A program made the position numbers and the translations under genes. A DNA stretch of 64,000 nucleotides from a virus (Duplodnaviria > Caudoviricetes), in the IMG/VR virus record IMGVR_UViG_3300031949_001696, one strand, 5' to 3'. Below, one piece after another: positions 28,655-36,939 of the stretch. Every line of letters begins with the position of its first letter. Positions within the stretch are counted from its first letter, which is position 1. The notes beneath the pieces were generated by a model. The model was not told the origin of the DNA. It made no database searches and worked only from the letters and a program-made list of their open reading frames with translations.

Positions 28655-29134
28655 ATGAGACTCAAGCCGCCACGCACGCACTACCTTGGCAAGGTGGCCG
28701 GACTTTCCATCTACCTCGTCTCGGGTGTGGACGTTCGTAACACCACCGACATTGACTTCACGTGCGGCGGCAATGAGGCCGTCTACCCGAGCTACGTCCC
28801 GCCCGGCGAGATCTGGCTCGATGATGCCGCTGGGCCGTTCGATCGCACGGCGACAGCGCTGCATGAGATTGTCGAGCGCCATCAGATGATGACGTTCGGA
28901 AAGAACTACGAAGATGCGCACGAAGTCGCATCGGCGACGGAGCGGCCGTTCCGTCGTGAGCTGGCCAAAGCCCCGCCGAAGGCATTTGATCCGCGGCGCG
29001 TCGCGACGGCCTACCAGGCGTACCTGAAGAAACCCGGACGCCATCCCGTCGTTGACCGGCCGAACGATCCGCGGCGGGGAGCCAAGCAGATGGACCGCGA
29101 GATCGGGGAAGCGCTCGGGCGACGAGCGCGCTGA
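28655..29134 (+). CDS. Putative metal-binding (HExxE) protein with C-terminal QMDREIGEAL tag; paralogue of 36940-37407
   Basis: GEIWLD, ALHEIVERH, YEDAH. Confidence 0.6.
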   Translation: MRLKPPRTHYLGKVAGLSIYLVSGVDVRNTTDIDFTCGGNEAVYPSYVPPGEIWLDDAAGPFDRTATALHEIVERHQMMTFGKNYEDAHEVASATERPFRRELAKAPPKAFDPRRVATAYQAYLKKPGRHPVVDRPNDPRRGAKQMDREIGEALGRRAR

Positions 29135-29393
29135 CAAGTCGAGAGCACGGTGGGTTCGCCGCTGTGTCTCTATGCTTTCGACCGGGACGCACACCCGCGA
29201 TGTCGCCGTCCGAGCGTGCGGTCATGGCGCCGACACGGATAGTTTGTGGCTCTCGGGCAGGCATGTACCAAGGAGGCGAGCTGGATTTGCAATCCGGTTG
29301 CGGTCGGTTCGATCCCGATCCTGTCCACGCCACGCTAGACTGTCGCGATGACGAACACGGAGGTCCACATGATGACGTAGCCGCGCTTCCTTC

Positions 29394-29618
29394 ATGGAAG
29401 CGCTCATCGAGATCCGTCTCATCACCATCAACAAGCAGCCCACCGAGGAGAATCACGTAGAAGAGTTCGTCGAGCTGCTCGAAGCAGGTCGGCAGCTGCC
29501 GGCAATCAAGCTTCGCAAGATCACCGACGACGAGTACCGCCTCGTCGATGGTCGACACCGCCTTGAGGCGCGGCGACGTCTCGGCAAAACGCGCGTTCGC
29601 GCGCACATCACGTTGTAG
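29394..29618 (+). CDS. Small ParB/Srx-like domain protein
   Basis: LPAI..YRLVDGRHRLEA. Confidence 0.65.
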   Translation: MEALIEIRLITINKQPTEENHVEEFVELLEAGRQLPAIKLRKITDDEYRLVDGRHRLEARRRLGKTRVRAHITL

Positions 29619-29684
29619 CTGCCCCAAAGGTGACCGCAGATTTCGGCATGCTCGCCTGGTACGCGAGAGACTCCGAGTTGGGGC

Positions 29685-30056
29685 TCAAGGTTGTTTGAAG
29701 TAGCGGCGCGCGAGGTTCGCCGCGGTGCCGCTGTGCTTTCGCCCGGGGCGCACCCACGCGATGTCTCCGTTCGAGCGCGCGGTCATGGTCTCGTCCCGCG
29801 CTTCGTCGGTCGAGAAGCCTCCGACCGTCGGGAACCCTCCGACGTTGTTTCGCGGCGACGTGAACATGTGGAACACCTGCACGCGCAGAGCGCGCTCGTC
29901 GCGCAGGTAGAGCTGGGCCAGCAGGTCGCAGCCTCGCGCGTCTCCCACCACGAACGCGGCTTCTTCCGCGATCGCTGTCGCGATCCGTGGAGCGTAGTGC
30001 GCGCGGAACTCGTCGACCGTGAGGTCGAGATGTCCGCTGATGAAGTAGGTCTTCAT
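29685..30056 (-). CDS. Hypothetical protein, possibly SLOG/YspA-like nucleotide-binding fold
   Basis: FISGH, VVGDARGCD, RD..M, SGT. Confidence 0.5.
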   Translation of the reverse strand: MKTYFISGHLDLTVDEFRAHYAPRIATAIAEEAAFVVGDARGCDLLAQLYLRDERALRVQVFHMFTSPRNNVGGFPTVGGFSTDEARDETMTARSNGDIAWVRPGRKHSGTAANLARRYFKQP

Positions 30057-30073
30057 GTGGGTCGTTTACCTGA

Positions 30074-30144
30074 TCGGGGATCGTCTAACGGTAGGACGTG
30101 CGCCTTTGGAGCGCACTATCAAGGTTCGAATCCTTGTCCCCGAA
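30074..30144 (+). tRNA. tRNA-Gln(TTG)
   Basis: tgcgc-CTTTGGA-gcgca. Confidence 0.9.
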
Positions 30145-30273
30145 CTACACTGCACGCGTCTCCTCGCGCGCGGGGCCTGCGGAACGGCAGGCGGGCTGTG
30201 CAAGAGCCCGCGCGTAGATCACCGTGGTCAGCTCACTCCTACGGCTTCCAACGGGGCGAGCACTTTTCTTCTT

Positions 30274-30346
30274 GCGTCGGTAGCCAAGTGGCCAAGGCAC
30301 GCGCCTGCAAAGCGCGCAGTGACGGGTTCGATTCCCTCCCGACGCT
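30274..30346 (+). tRNA. tRNA-Cys(GCA)
   Basis: cgcgc-CTGCAAA-gcgcg, U73. Confidence 0.85.
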
Positions 30347-30366
30347 CGAAACTCTTCACGCTCCAC

Positions 30367-30439
30367 GCTCTCGTAGCTCAATGGATAGAGCAGACGGCTT
30401 CTACCCGTAAGATTGAAGGTCCGAGTCCTTCCGAGAGCA
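30367..30439 (+). tRNA. tRNA-Arg(TCT)
   Basis: Loop CTTCTAC. Confidence 0.8.
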
Positions 30440-30445
30440 CGTCCC

Positions 30446-30519
30446 GCCTTCGAAGCCGCATTGGAAGCGGCACCGAGTTCCTACCTCGGAGGTTGCAGGT
30501 TCGAGTCCTGTCGAAGGCA
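30446..30519 (+). tRNA. tRNA-Arg(CCT)
   Basis: ccgag-TTCCTAC-ctcgg. Confidence 0.85.
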
Positions 30520-30527
30520 CGCCTCCT

Positions 30528-30629
30528 GCGGGCATGCGGCAATGGCGCCGCGCCGGTCAAGCTTTCGTCGTCCGAGCGATCGGGCTGTCGCGAGACCGTT
30601 ATCAGGTTCGATCCCAGATGCCCGCTCCA
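30528..30629 (+). ncRNA. tRNA-Gly-like RNA with the anticodon loop replaced by a ~35-nt structured segment
   Basis: gcgggca/tgcccgc-T-CCA acceptor, D and T arms, cggtc/gaccg stem. Confidence 0.6.
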
Positions 30630-30667
30630 TCATCTAGTCCATCTAGTGGTACCTCTCGCCGACGGAA

Positions 30668-30868
30668 ATGCTGACCATCAAGCTCTTCGGAGACAAGCAA
30701 GCTGAGAGGTTTGTCTGGTCGATCGCGGTCATGGACAGTCGCGGCATGCACCTCGTTACGGACGGTACCGCCGACTCGGCAGAAAACGCCAAGGCGGGGA
30801 TGCGCACTGCTCTCGGAAAGCTCGTCGAGAAGTTGGAATTCCGGCCCGTCGCACCCACCGACGACTGA
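30668..30868 (+). CDS. Small hypothetical protein
   Basis: ORF between tRNA genes. Confidence 0.4.
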   Translation: MLTIKLFGDKQAERFVWSIAVMDSRGMHLVTDGTADSAENAKAGMRTALGKLVEKLEFRPVAPTDD

Positions 30869-30902
30869 TCGTCGGCCAAGTTTCGTCATCGTTGTTCACA
30901 GC

Positions 30903-30970
30903 GCCTCCGCACGTGGACGTGACCCGAGTTTCCGAAACTCGGTGAGCTGGTTCGACTCCAGCCGGAGGTA
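30903..30970 (+). tRNA. tRNA-Arg(CCG), reduced D arm
   Basis: cgagt-TTCCGAA-actcg. Confidence 0.7.
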
Positions 30971-30977
30971 CTACTTT

Positions 30978-31024
30978 GTCGGCGTTTCACAACGGAGATG
31001 CGGGTTTGACTCCCGTCGCCGATA
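30978..31024 (+). pseudogene. Internally deleted tRNA remnant (Val-CAC-like loop, no D arm)
   Basis: gtcggcg/cgccgat acceptor and T arm only. Confidence 0.5.
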
Positions 31025-31091
31025 CGATCTCCACGCACTTGCATCCGAGTGCTTCTGATGTACAACGCGTGGCTTAACCAGGAGAACGCAC

Positions 31092-32750
31092 ATGTCGATC
31101 GACTATCTGATGGACGCCGTTGCGTCGCCGACGCAGCGAGAGAAGGCCGACCCTCGGCAGGTCATGAACAATGCAGGAGGCTACACGTTCGTCGTCGACG
31201 ACTGGGCACGCCTGCGCCGCTTCCTGGTGCTCGGCGCCGAGGGCGGCACGTACTATGCGTCCGAGAAGAAGCTCGCGCGCGAGAACGCCGCGTGCGTCGA
31301 GCGGCTGATCCAGCTCGATGGTCCACGCCTCGTTCGCGAGGTGGCCGAGCTGTCGGAGAGCGGTCGCGCGCCCAAGAACGATCCGGCGATCCTCGCGCTC
31401 GCGCTCGCCGCCAAGCTCGGCGACCTGCCGACCAAGCGGGCCGCGTACGCGGCGCTGCCGCGCGTCTGCCGCATCGGCACGCACCTCTACCACTTCGCCG
31501 CGTTCACGAGCGCAATCGCGGGTGGCGGCTGGGGCGCCGGCATGCGCCGCGCAATCGGCGACTGGTTCAACGCCCGATCGGTCGACGACACCGCGCACCA
31601 GGTCGTGAAGTACCAGTCGCGCGACGGCTGGTCGGCCAAGGACGTCCTTTGCCTCGCGCGTCCGAACCCGAAGAAGGCGTACCGCTTCGACAAGGAAGCA
31701 GGGCGTGTCGTCGCGGCCGACGACTTCGCCGCGCGCGACGCGCTCTACCGCTGGGTGACGTACGGCGTCGAGGGCCTCGACGTCGATCAGCGCGCGAAGC
31801 TGCCGGCGATCGTCGATGCGTTCGAGCAGCTCAAGGGCCTGACCGACGGCAAGAAGGTCGTCGCGCTGATCCGCGAGCACTCGCTGCCGCGCGAGGCCGT
31901 GCCGACGCAGCACCTGACGCTTCCCGAGGTATGGGAGGCGCTCCTGCCGCACATGGGCCTGTCCGCTCTCGTCCGTAACCTCGCGACGATGACGCGCGTC
32001 GGCGTGATCGCGCCGCTCGGCGCGCACGTGCCGGCGATCTGCGCGCGCCTCACGGATGCTGCGCAGCTCTCCAAGGCGCGCGTGCATCCGATCCAGATGC
32101 TGTCGGCGCTCAAGACGTATCAGCAGGGGCACGGCGCGCGCGGCAAGTCGACGTGGACTGCGGTCCAGCCGATCGTCGACGCGCTCGACGCAGGTTTCTA
32201 CGCGGCGTTCGCGACGGTCGAGCCGACGAACCAGGCGACGCTGATCGCGCTCGATGTCTCGGCGTCGATGTGCTCGGGCACGATCGCGGGCTGCCCTGGC
32301 CTGTCGCCGCGCGTGGCGTCGGCGGCGATGGCGCTCGTGACGGCGGCGCGCGAGCCGAACCACCACATCATGGGGTTCTCGGACACGCTCGTCGACGTGC
32401 CGATCTCGCCGAAGATGCGTCTCGATCAGGCGATCGCTGCGATCGATCGCGTTCGGATGGGCGGCACGGACTGTGCGCTGCCGATGGTCTGGGCCGAGAA
32501 GTCGAAGGCGAAGGTCGACGCGATCGCGATCTACACCGACAACGAGACGTGGGCCGGCCCGGGGCATCCGCACAAGGCGCTCCAGAGCTACCGCAAGAGC
32601 TCGGGGCGGCCGACCAAGCTCGCGGTTGTCGGCTTGACCGCGACGCAGTTCACGATCGCCGATCCGACGGACGCAGGCATGATGGACTTCGTCGGGTTCG
32701 ACGCGGCGGCGCCGCAACTCATGGCGGACTTCTTTCGCGAGGGAGCATGA
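31092..32750 (+). CDS. rsr: Ro60/TROVE-domain RNA-binding protein (Rsr) with vWA domain
   Basis: NNAGGY, RFLVLG.EGGTYY, KYQSRDGWS, ALVRNL, MIDAS DVSASM, GGTDC, TDNET, GFD; AGGAG RBS. Confidence 0.95.
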   Translation: MSIDYLMDAVASPTQREKADPRQVMNNAGGYTFVVDDWARLRRFLVLGAEGGTYYASEKKLARENAACVERLIQLDGPRLVREVAELSESGRAPKNDPAILALALAAKLGDLPTKRAAYAALPRVCRIGTHLYHFAAFTSAIAGGGWGAGMRRAIGDWFNARSVDDTAHQVVKYQSRDGWSAKDVLCLARPNPKKAYRFDKEAGRVVAADDFAARDALYRWVTYGVEGLDVDQRAKLPAIVDAFEQLKGLTDGKKVVALIREHSLPREAVPTQHLTLPEVWEALLPHMGLSALVRNLATMTRVGVIAPLGAHVPAICARLTDAAQLSKARVHPIQMLSALKTYQQGHGARGKSTWTAVQPIVDALDAGFYAAFATVEPTNQATLIALDVSASMCSGTIAGCPGLSPRVASAAMALVTAAREPNHHIMGFSDTLVDVPISPKMRLDQAIAAIDRVRMGGTDCALPMVWAEKSKAKVDAIAIYTDNETWAGPGHPHKALQSYRKSSGRPTKLAVVGLTATQFTIADPTDAGMMDFVGFDAAAPQLMADFFREGA

Positions 32751-32753
32751 CCC

Positions 32754-33617
32754 GTGGGGTATTTGCACATTGCCAACCTCTACAAGGAGCCTGATCTCCT
32801 TTTGTTCCGACGCTGCTACGCGCTCGAGAAGGTGCACGGCACTTCCGCTCATATCGCCTGGGGCCCCGCTGGAGTCACGTTCTTCTCCGGTGGTGAGTCT
32901 CACACGCGCTTCGTCGGGCTGTTCGACGCTGCCGCGCTGAAAGATCAGTTCAGCGCGCTGGGACACGCCGAGGTGACGATCTACGGTGAGGCGTACGGCG
33001 GCAGTCAGCAGGGCATGAGGCTCGTCTACGGCGCGGAGCTGCGCTTCATCGCGTTCGACGTGCAGGTGGGCTCGTGCTGGCTGTCTGTGAAGGATGCCGA
33101 GCAGGTATGCCAGGCGCTCGACATCGAGTTCGTGCCTTACGAAGAGATCGCGACCGAGCTGGTCGAGATCGATCGCGTGCGCGATCAGCCGTCAGCGGTG
33201 GCCGTGCGTCGCGGCACGGGAGCCGACAAGCCGCGCGAGGGAGTGGTCCTGCGCCCGCTCGTCGAGGTGACCAAGAACAACGGATCGCGCATCATTGCCA
33301 AGCACAAGGCCGACACGTTCGCCGAGCGTGCCACGCCACCCAAGGTGGTGGATGTGGCCAAGCTCGAAGTGCTGGCGGCGGCAGAGGCGATCGCGCAGGA
33401 GTGGGTGACGCCGATGCGCCTGACTCACGTGCTCGATAAGCTCGGCACGACCGACATCAGCGAGATGTCCAAGATCATTCACGCCATGGTCGAGGACGTG
33501 TTCCGCGAGGCCAAGGGCGAGATCGTCGAATCGAAGGATGCCCGGACAGCGATCGGCAAACGCACGGCGCGGCTATTCAAGGAGCGTCTTGACCAGGTGA
33601 TGCGCACCGCGGGCTGA
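32754..33617 (+). CDS. ATP-dependent RNA ligase, Rnl2-like
   Basis: Nucleotidyltransferase motifs EKVHG, YGE, FIAFDV, EGVV, AKHK. Confidence 0.8.
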   Translation: MGYLHIANLYKEPDLLLFRRCYALEKVHGTSAHIAWGPAGVTFFSGGESHTRFVGLFDAAALKDQFSALGHAEVTIYGEAYGGSQQGMRLVYGAELRFIAFDVQVGSCWLSVKDAEQVCQALDIEFVPYEEIATELVEIDRVRDQPSAVAVRRGTGADKPREGVVLRPLVEVTKNNGSRIIAKHKADTFAERATPPKVVDVAKLEVLAAAEAIAQEWVTPMRLTHVLDKLGTTDISEMSKIIHAMVEDVFREAKGEIVESKDARTAIGKRTARLFKERLDQVMRTAG

Positions 33618-33640
33618 GTCATCTGAAGTGCTACGATGGC

Positions 33641-33726
33641 TGCGCGTCGGGTTGTCCGCTGCGCGCGTTATCGTCGGCCTATTAAGCCGAAAGGAAGCCG
33701 CTCTCGCGACCTCTTCATCCGTCGCA
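33641..33726 (+). ncRNA. Y-RNA-like unit 1
   Basis: GTCGGGTTGT...CTCTTCATCCG terminal motif; internal tcggc-CTATTAA-gccga hairpin. Confidence 0.6.
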
Positions 33727-33763
33727 CCTTGACGTCACGATCGTCTTCGGGCAGGTTCTCTTC

Positions 33764-33825
33764 GTCGGGTTGTAGCGGCACTGTTCTCATCAACAGAAAA
33801 GCGGTGCCGCAGCTCTTCATCCGAC
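33764..33825 (+). ncRNA. Y-RNA-like unit 2
   Basis: GTCGGGTTGT..CTCTTCATCCGAC; gcggcactg/cggtgccgc stem. Confidence 0.65.
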
Positions 33826-33874
33826 ACCATTTCCGCCGTTGACGGTTCGTGCGTCTTCAGGCATCTTCTTCTTC

Positions 33875-33933
33875 GTCGGGTTGTAGTGGCAGTGTTCTCT
33901 GGTTGAAACCGCTGCCACGCCTCTTCATCCGAC
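33875..33933 (+). ncRNA. Y-RNA-like unit 3
   Basis: Same termini; gtggcagt/gctgccac stem. Confidence 0.65.
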
Positions 33934-33982
33934 TCTCTATTCGCCCTGGCGTTCCTTCGCGGATGTCAGGAGTTTCATTTTT

Positions 33983-34044
33983 GCCGGGTTGTCGCCGGAG
34001 TGTTCTCTCGAACAGAACCACGCTCCAGCACCCCTTCATCCGGC
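33983..34044 (+). ncRNA. Y-RNA-like unit 4
   Basis: GCCGGGTTGT..CTTCATCCGGC (covarying ends); gttct-CTCGAAC-agaac hairpin. Confidence 0.65.
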
Positions 34045-34075
34045 ACCATTCCCAGCAGCACTGTTCTCTCGTTTT

Positions 34076-34153
34076 GCCGGGTTGTCGCGAGATCGTTACC
34101 TGACTTGTAATCAGGCCCTCACGGGCTTCGCGGTCTTGCACTCTTCATCCGGC
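34076..34153 (+). ncRNA. Y-RNA-like unit 5 carrying a tRNA-Thr(TGT) anticodon arm
   Basis: Same termini; cctga-CTTGTAA-tcagg at 34099-34115. Confidence 0.7.
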
Positions 34154-34162
34154 GTCATTTTC

Positions 34163-34285
34163 GGCGGGTTGTAGATCCAGGGTTACCACGTAGGACATCG
34201 AGGTCGCGGGTTCGACTCCCGTCGTATCGGCGCGAGCCGATGAAGTGGAATGGTGTCATGTGGGGTCCTTGGCTGTCACGTCGTC
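34163..34285 (+). ncRNA. YrlA-type Y RNA with a tRNA-like T-arm module (unit 6)
   Basis: GGCGGGTTGT start; long stem (ccaggg/ccttgg, ccacgt/atgtgg, gacatc/ggtgtc) enclosing gcggg-TTCGACT-cccgt and a closed atcggc-gcga-gccgat hairpin. Confidence 0.7.
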
Positions 34286-34608
34286 ACTTTTCGCGCCGTC
34301 GACAGCAGGTACGACGGATAGCCCTTCTTCTTGTAGTACGCGTCGAAGGCGCGATCCTGCTCTTCCGCGGTCATGCCTGACTTGAGGCCGACGTCGGCGG
34401 CGAGCTTACGCGCCTCGGCCAAGCGGCGATCGCCTGCCTTGATCGATGGGCGAACAAGCGCGAGGTAGCCGACACCCAGAGCAGCGGCGCCGATCGCGAT
34501 CTTTACCCACGGTATGCCGGATGACCGCGGCGCTGATTGCAGCGCTGCTTGTGCCGGCTTGTTGACGCCGTTGCCGACGTACGATCGACCATATTCGCCG
34601 CGACCCAT
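34276..34608 (-). CDS. Small membrane-anchored protein
   Basis: MGRGEYGRSYVG N-terminus, one hydrophobic helix. Confidence 0.55.
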   Translation of the reverse strand: MGRGEYGRSYVGNGVNKPAQAALQSAPRSSGIPWVKIAIGAAALGVGYLALVRPSIKAGDRRLAEARKLAADVGLKSGMTAEEQDRAFDAYYKKKGYPSYLLSTARKVTT

Positions 34609-35026
34609 CTGGCAACGGTAGCACGGGCTTCGGAAGCCCCGAGCGCGGTATGCTCGTTCGCATGGACGGGCACACGCTCCTTGGCCACATCGCTCTCTGC
34701 TCGGAGGTCGTCGGCGACGGCGGTCCGCGCCACTACCGGCGCCGCGGCAAGCCACTGCCGGAGAAGTATCTGCCGGGGCGCTTTCTCGCGAGCATGCTTC
34801 CCGAGGCGCGCGCGGACATCGTGAGCGTGGTGAGCGCGCGGACATCACCAGCTCTGTGGTTTCTGCGGCTCGTCGTCGACGAGGAGGAGCCGATCGCGCG
34901 CCTACCGTCACCGCCGGTCGATCGGCGCTGGACCTGCCGCGGTCGGTGGTCGACACCGCCGACGTCGGCCCCGTGCAAGATAGCCAGCAGGTGAAACGCT
35001 CGAACGTTTCGGCGTAGAATCGAGTC

Positions 35027-35422
35027 ATGTCGCAAGCAGGCTCCAGGGGCGCAAGGAAGAAGAGTCCTGCGCAGCTCGACCGCGAGATCGCCGAGACGCT
35101 GCACGGCAAGTCGAAGAGCGGGCCTACCTATCTCTATGTTGAAGGCGTCGGACATCGCCTTCCGCATGGCTACGAGATCCACTGGAATTGGATCGCTCGT
35201 CGCGACGGTAAGAAGATCGACGGCGGGGCACTCACGGGGGGCGATCTTCCCGAGTTCTACGAGACGTGGCCTGATGCCCGTGGAGTAGCGGCTATCGTCG
35301 AGCAGATGACGAAGATCTTGCGAGAGTGGATTCCGTCTGGCGAGTTCGGTCGCGATCTCTCATCGAAGGTCAGCGTATCGCTCAGGAAATCGAGCAGCGA
35401 AGTGCCGATCCGGGGACGTTAG
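35027..35422 (+). CDS. Hypothetical protein with N-terminal [11 protein letters not shown] tag
   Basis: [15 protein letters not shown]; TAGAAT 6 nt before ATG. Confidence 0.6.
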   Translation: MSQAGSRGARKKSPAQLDREIAETLHGKSKSGPTYLYVEGVGHRLPHGYEIHWNWIARRDGKKIDGGALTGGDLPEFYETWPDARGVAAIVEQMTKILREWIPSGEFGRDLSSKVSVSLRKSSSEVPIRGR

Positions 35423-35456
35423 CGGGTTCCGAGGCAGCGCGTAGCACTCATGGCGC

Positions 35457-36128
35457 TTACGACAGGAACCGCTCCTCGGAGACGATCTCGGCGTCGATCA
35501 CGTCGAGGTGCGCGCTGCGCCACACGGGCGCAACGAGCGCTTGGCTGGAAGCGCGACGAGCGGCGGGACGGCGATCCGTCGTGACAGTCGGCGTGCGGTG
35601 CGGCGCGGGGGCCTCGACCGCCGCGCTGGTGCGGCTACGCGCACGGGTCGCGACGCGCCGCGCGTCCGCCTCGCGGCGCTTGTTCGTCGCGTCGCGCGCG
35701 AGCGCGATCACCGATCCGTTCGCGACTGCGTTGATCAGGATCAAGACTGCGAGCGCGATCGCACTCACCGCGCCCGTGGCCACCAGCATCACGCCCTCCA
35801 GGGCGAGTACGAAGCCGAGGGCCTTGCGCGAGTCGCCGAACGCCGCCTTGCCGAACTTGTAGACCGAGATCGCCGAGAAGCACGCACAGCCGAGCACGAC
35901 CGCGACCATCACCATCGCGAGTGACGTGTTCCCAGCGGACCAGGCTGCCGGGACCTGATCGTGGGCGAGGGTACGGCCGAACCACGGGACGAGGCCGCCG
36001 ATCAGGGCACCGATCAGCGCGGCGTGAGGATTGCGGATGGCGCATTCGAGCTGCGTGACGACGTCGGTGGTGGCCGACCGATCGACGACCTTGCGGGACC
36101 GCTTGCTACGCTTGCTGGCCTTGCTCAT
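35457..36128 (-). CDS. Multi-pass membrane protein with basic tails
   Basis: About four hydrophobic helices. Confidence 0.6.
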   Translation of the reverse strand: MSKASKRSKRSRKVVDRSATTDVVTQLECAIRNPHAALIGALIGGLVPWFGRTLAHDQVPAAWSAGNTSLAMVMVAVVLGCACFSAISVYKFGKAAFGDSRKALGFVLALEGVMLVATGAVSAIALAVLILINAVANGSVIALARDATNKRREADARRVATRARSRTSAAVEAPAPHRTPTVTTDRRPAARRASSQALVAPVWRSAHLDVIDAEIVSEERFLS

Positions 36129-36269
36129 AGGCAGCGAGATAGAGCAGTTTGCGTGCCGGCCGTGCTTACTTGCAAGTAGGCGTCTGCGATTGCTGGGTAG
36201 CAGCGCACCCGGCGTTTGCGAGCCACTGTCGCGTAGTGCTCGAGATACGGGTAGCGGTATACCCGGGGC

Positions 36270-36614
36270 ATGAAGCTCGAAACGCATGCTGGGATCTACG
36301 CCGATCCCGCCACGATCGAGGACGTCGCGCGGGCTGTCGCGAGCCTCACCGAGATCGGCGAGGCGTACGTCATACTGAACGATGATCGCGACGCAGAGAC
36401 GTACGTCCAGGCTGCCGGCACTGTCGGTGAGGACTTCATCGTCGAGCGTCGCGACGGCTGCGCGGGTGAGCACTACCGGGGTGATCGCCGCGTGTCGGCC
36501 GACGAGCTGGTCGCGATGCTCGTTGGTTGTCTGAGTGGGACGACGGACTGGAGCCACGGCATCTCGTGGCATCACGTGCGCGTCGACTTCGGTGCGGCTA
36601 ACGCGAACTCCTAG
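36270..36614 (+). CDS. Hypothetical protein
   Basis: ORF track, plausible composition. Confidence 0.5.
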   Translation: MKLETHAGIYADPATIEDVARAVASLTEIGEAYVILNDDRDAETYVQAAGTVGEDFIVERRDGCAGEHYRGDRRVSADELVAMLVGCLSGTTDWSHGISWHHVRVDFGAANANS

Positions 36615-36679
36615 TTGCAGCCGCTGGTTCGCGCGATTGTTCAAATCGCAGCCGCGTAGCGGTATGCTCGATCGCTCGC

Positions 36680-36937
36680 ATGGCAGATCTTTCTTGGAAC
36701 GACCTCCGCACGCTCTCGGTGCTTGCCGCCGAGAAGGCTGACGATCCGAACCTGTCGATGCCTGATCGTGAGCGCTGGGCAGACGTGGCCTCGCGCATCT
36801 TCGACAGCGTGGCGACGGCTAGTGACCTGCGTGCCGTTGCCGAGCTGGCCGAGCTGGACGCAGCGCTGCAACGTGACGCCAAGGTCCGCCAACGCTACCT
36901 CGATCTTGCGAATCGCGCGGTCGCGGCAGCGGGTTAG
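36680..36937 (+). CDS. Hypothetical helical protein
   Basis: Operon with 36940. Confidence 0.45.
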   Translation: MADLSWNDLRTLSVLAAEKADDPNLSMPDRERWADVASRIFDSVATASDLRAVAELAELDAALQRDAKVRQRYLDLANRAVAAAG

Positions 36938-36939
36938 CG

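Noticed and set aside
30528-30629. tmRNA
   Set aside because: About 100 nt, no G3:U70 alanine determinant and no tag reading frame.
31074-32966. 630-aa minus-strand ORF and similar long antisense ORFs (e.g. 18126-19247, 56915-57619)
   Set aside because: Shadow frames of high-GC genes with clear motifs on the other strand.
33641-34285. CRISPR array
   Set aside because: The conserved parts are two short motifs that pair with each other across a folded interior. Unit lengths vary from about 60 to 120 nt and no cas genes are present.
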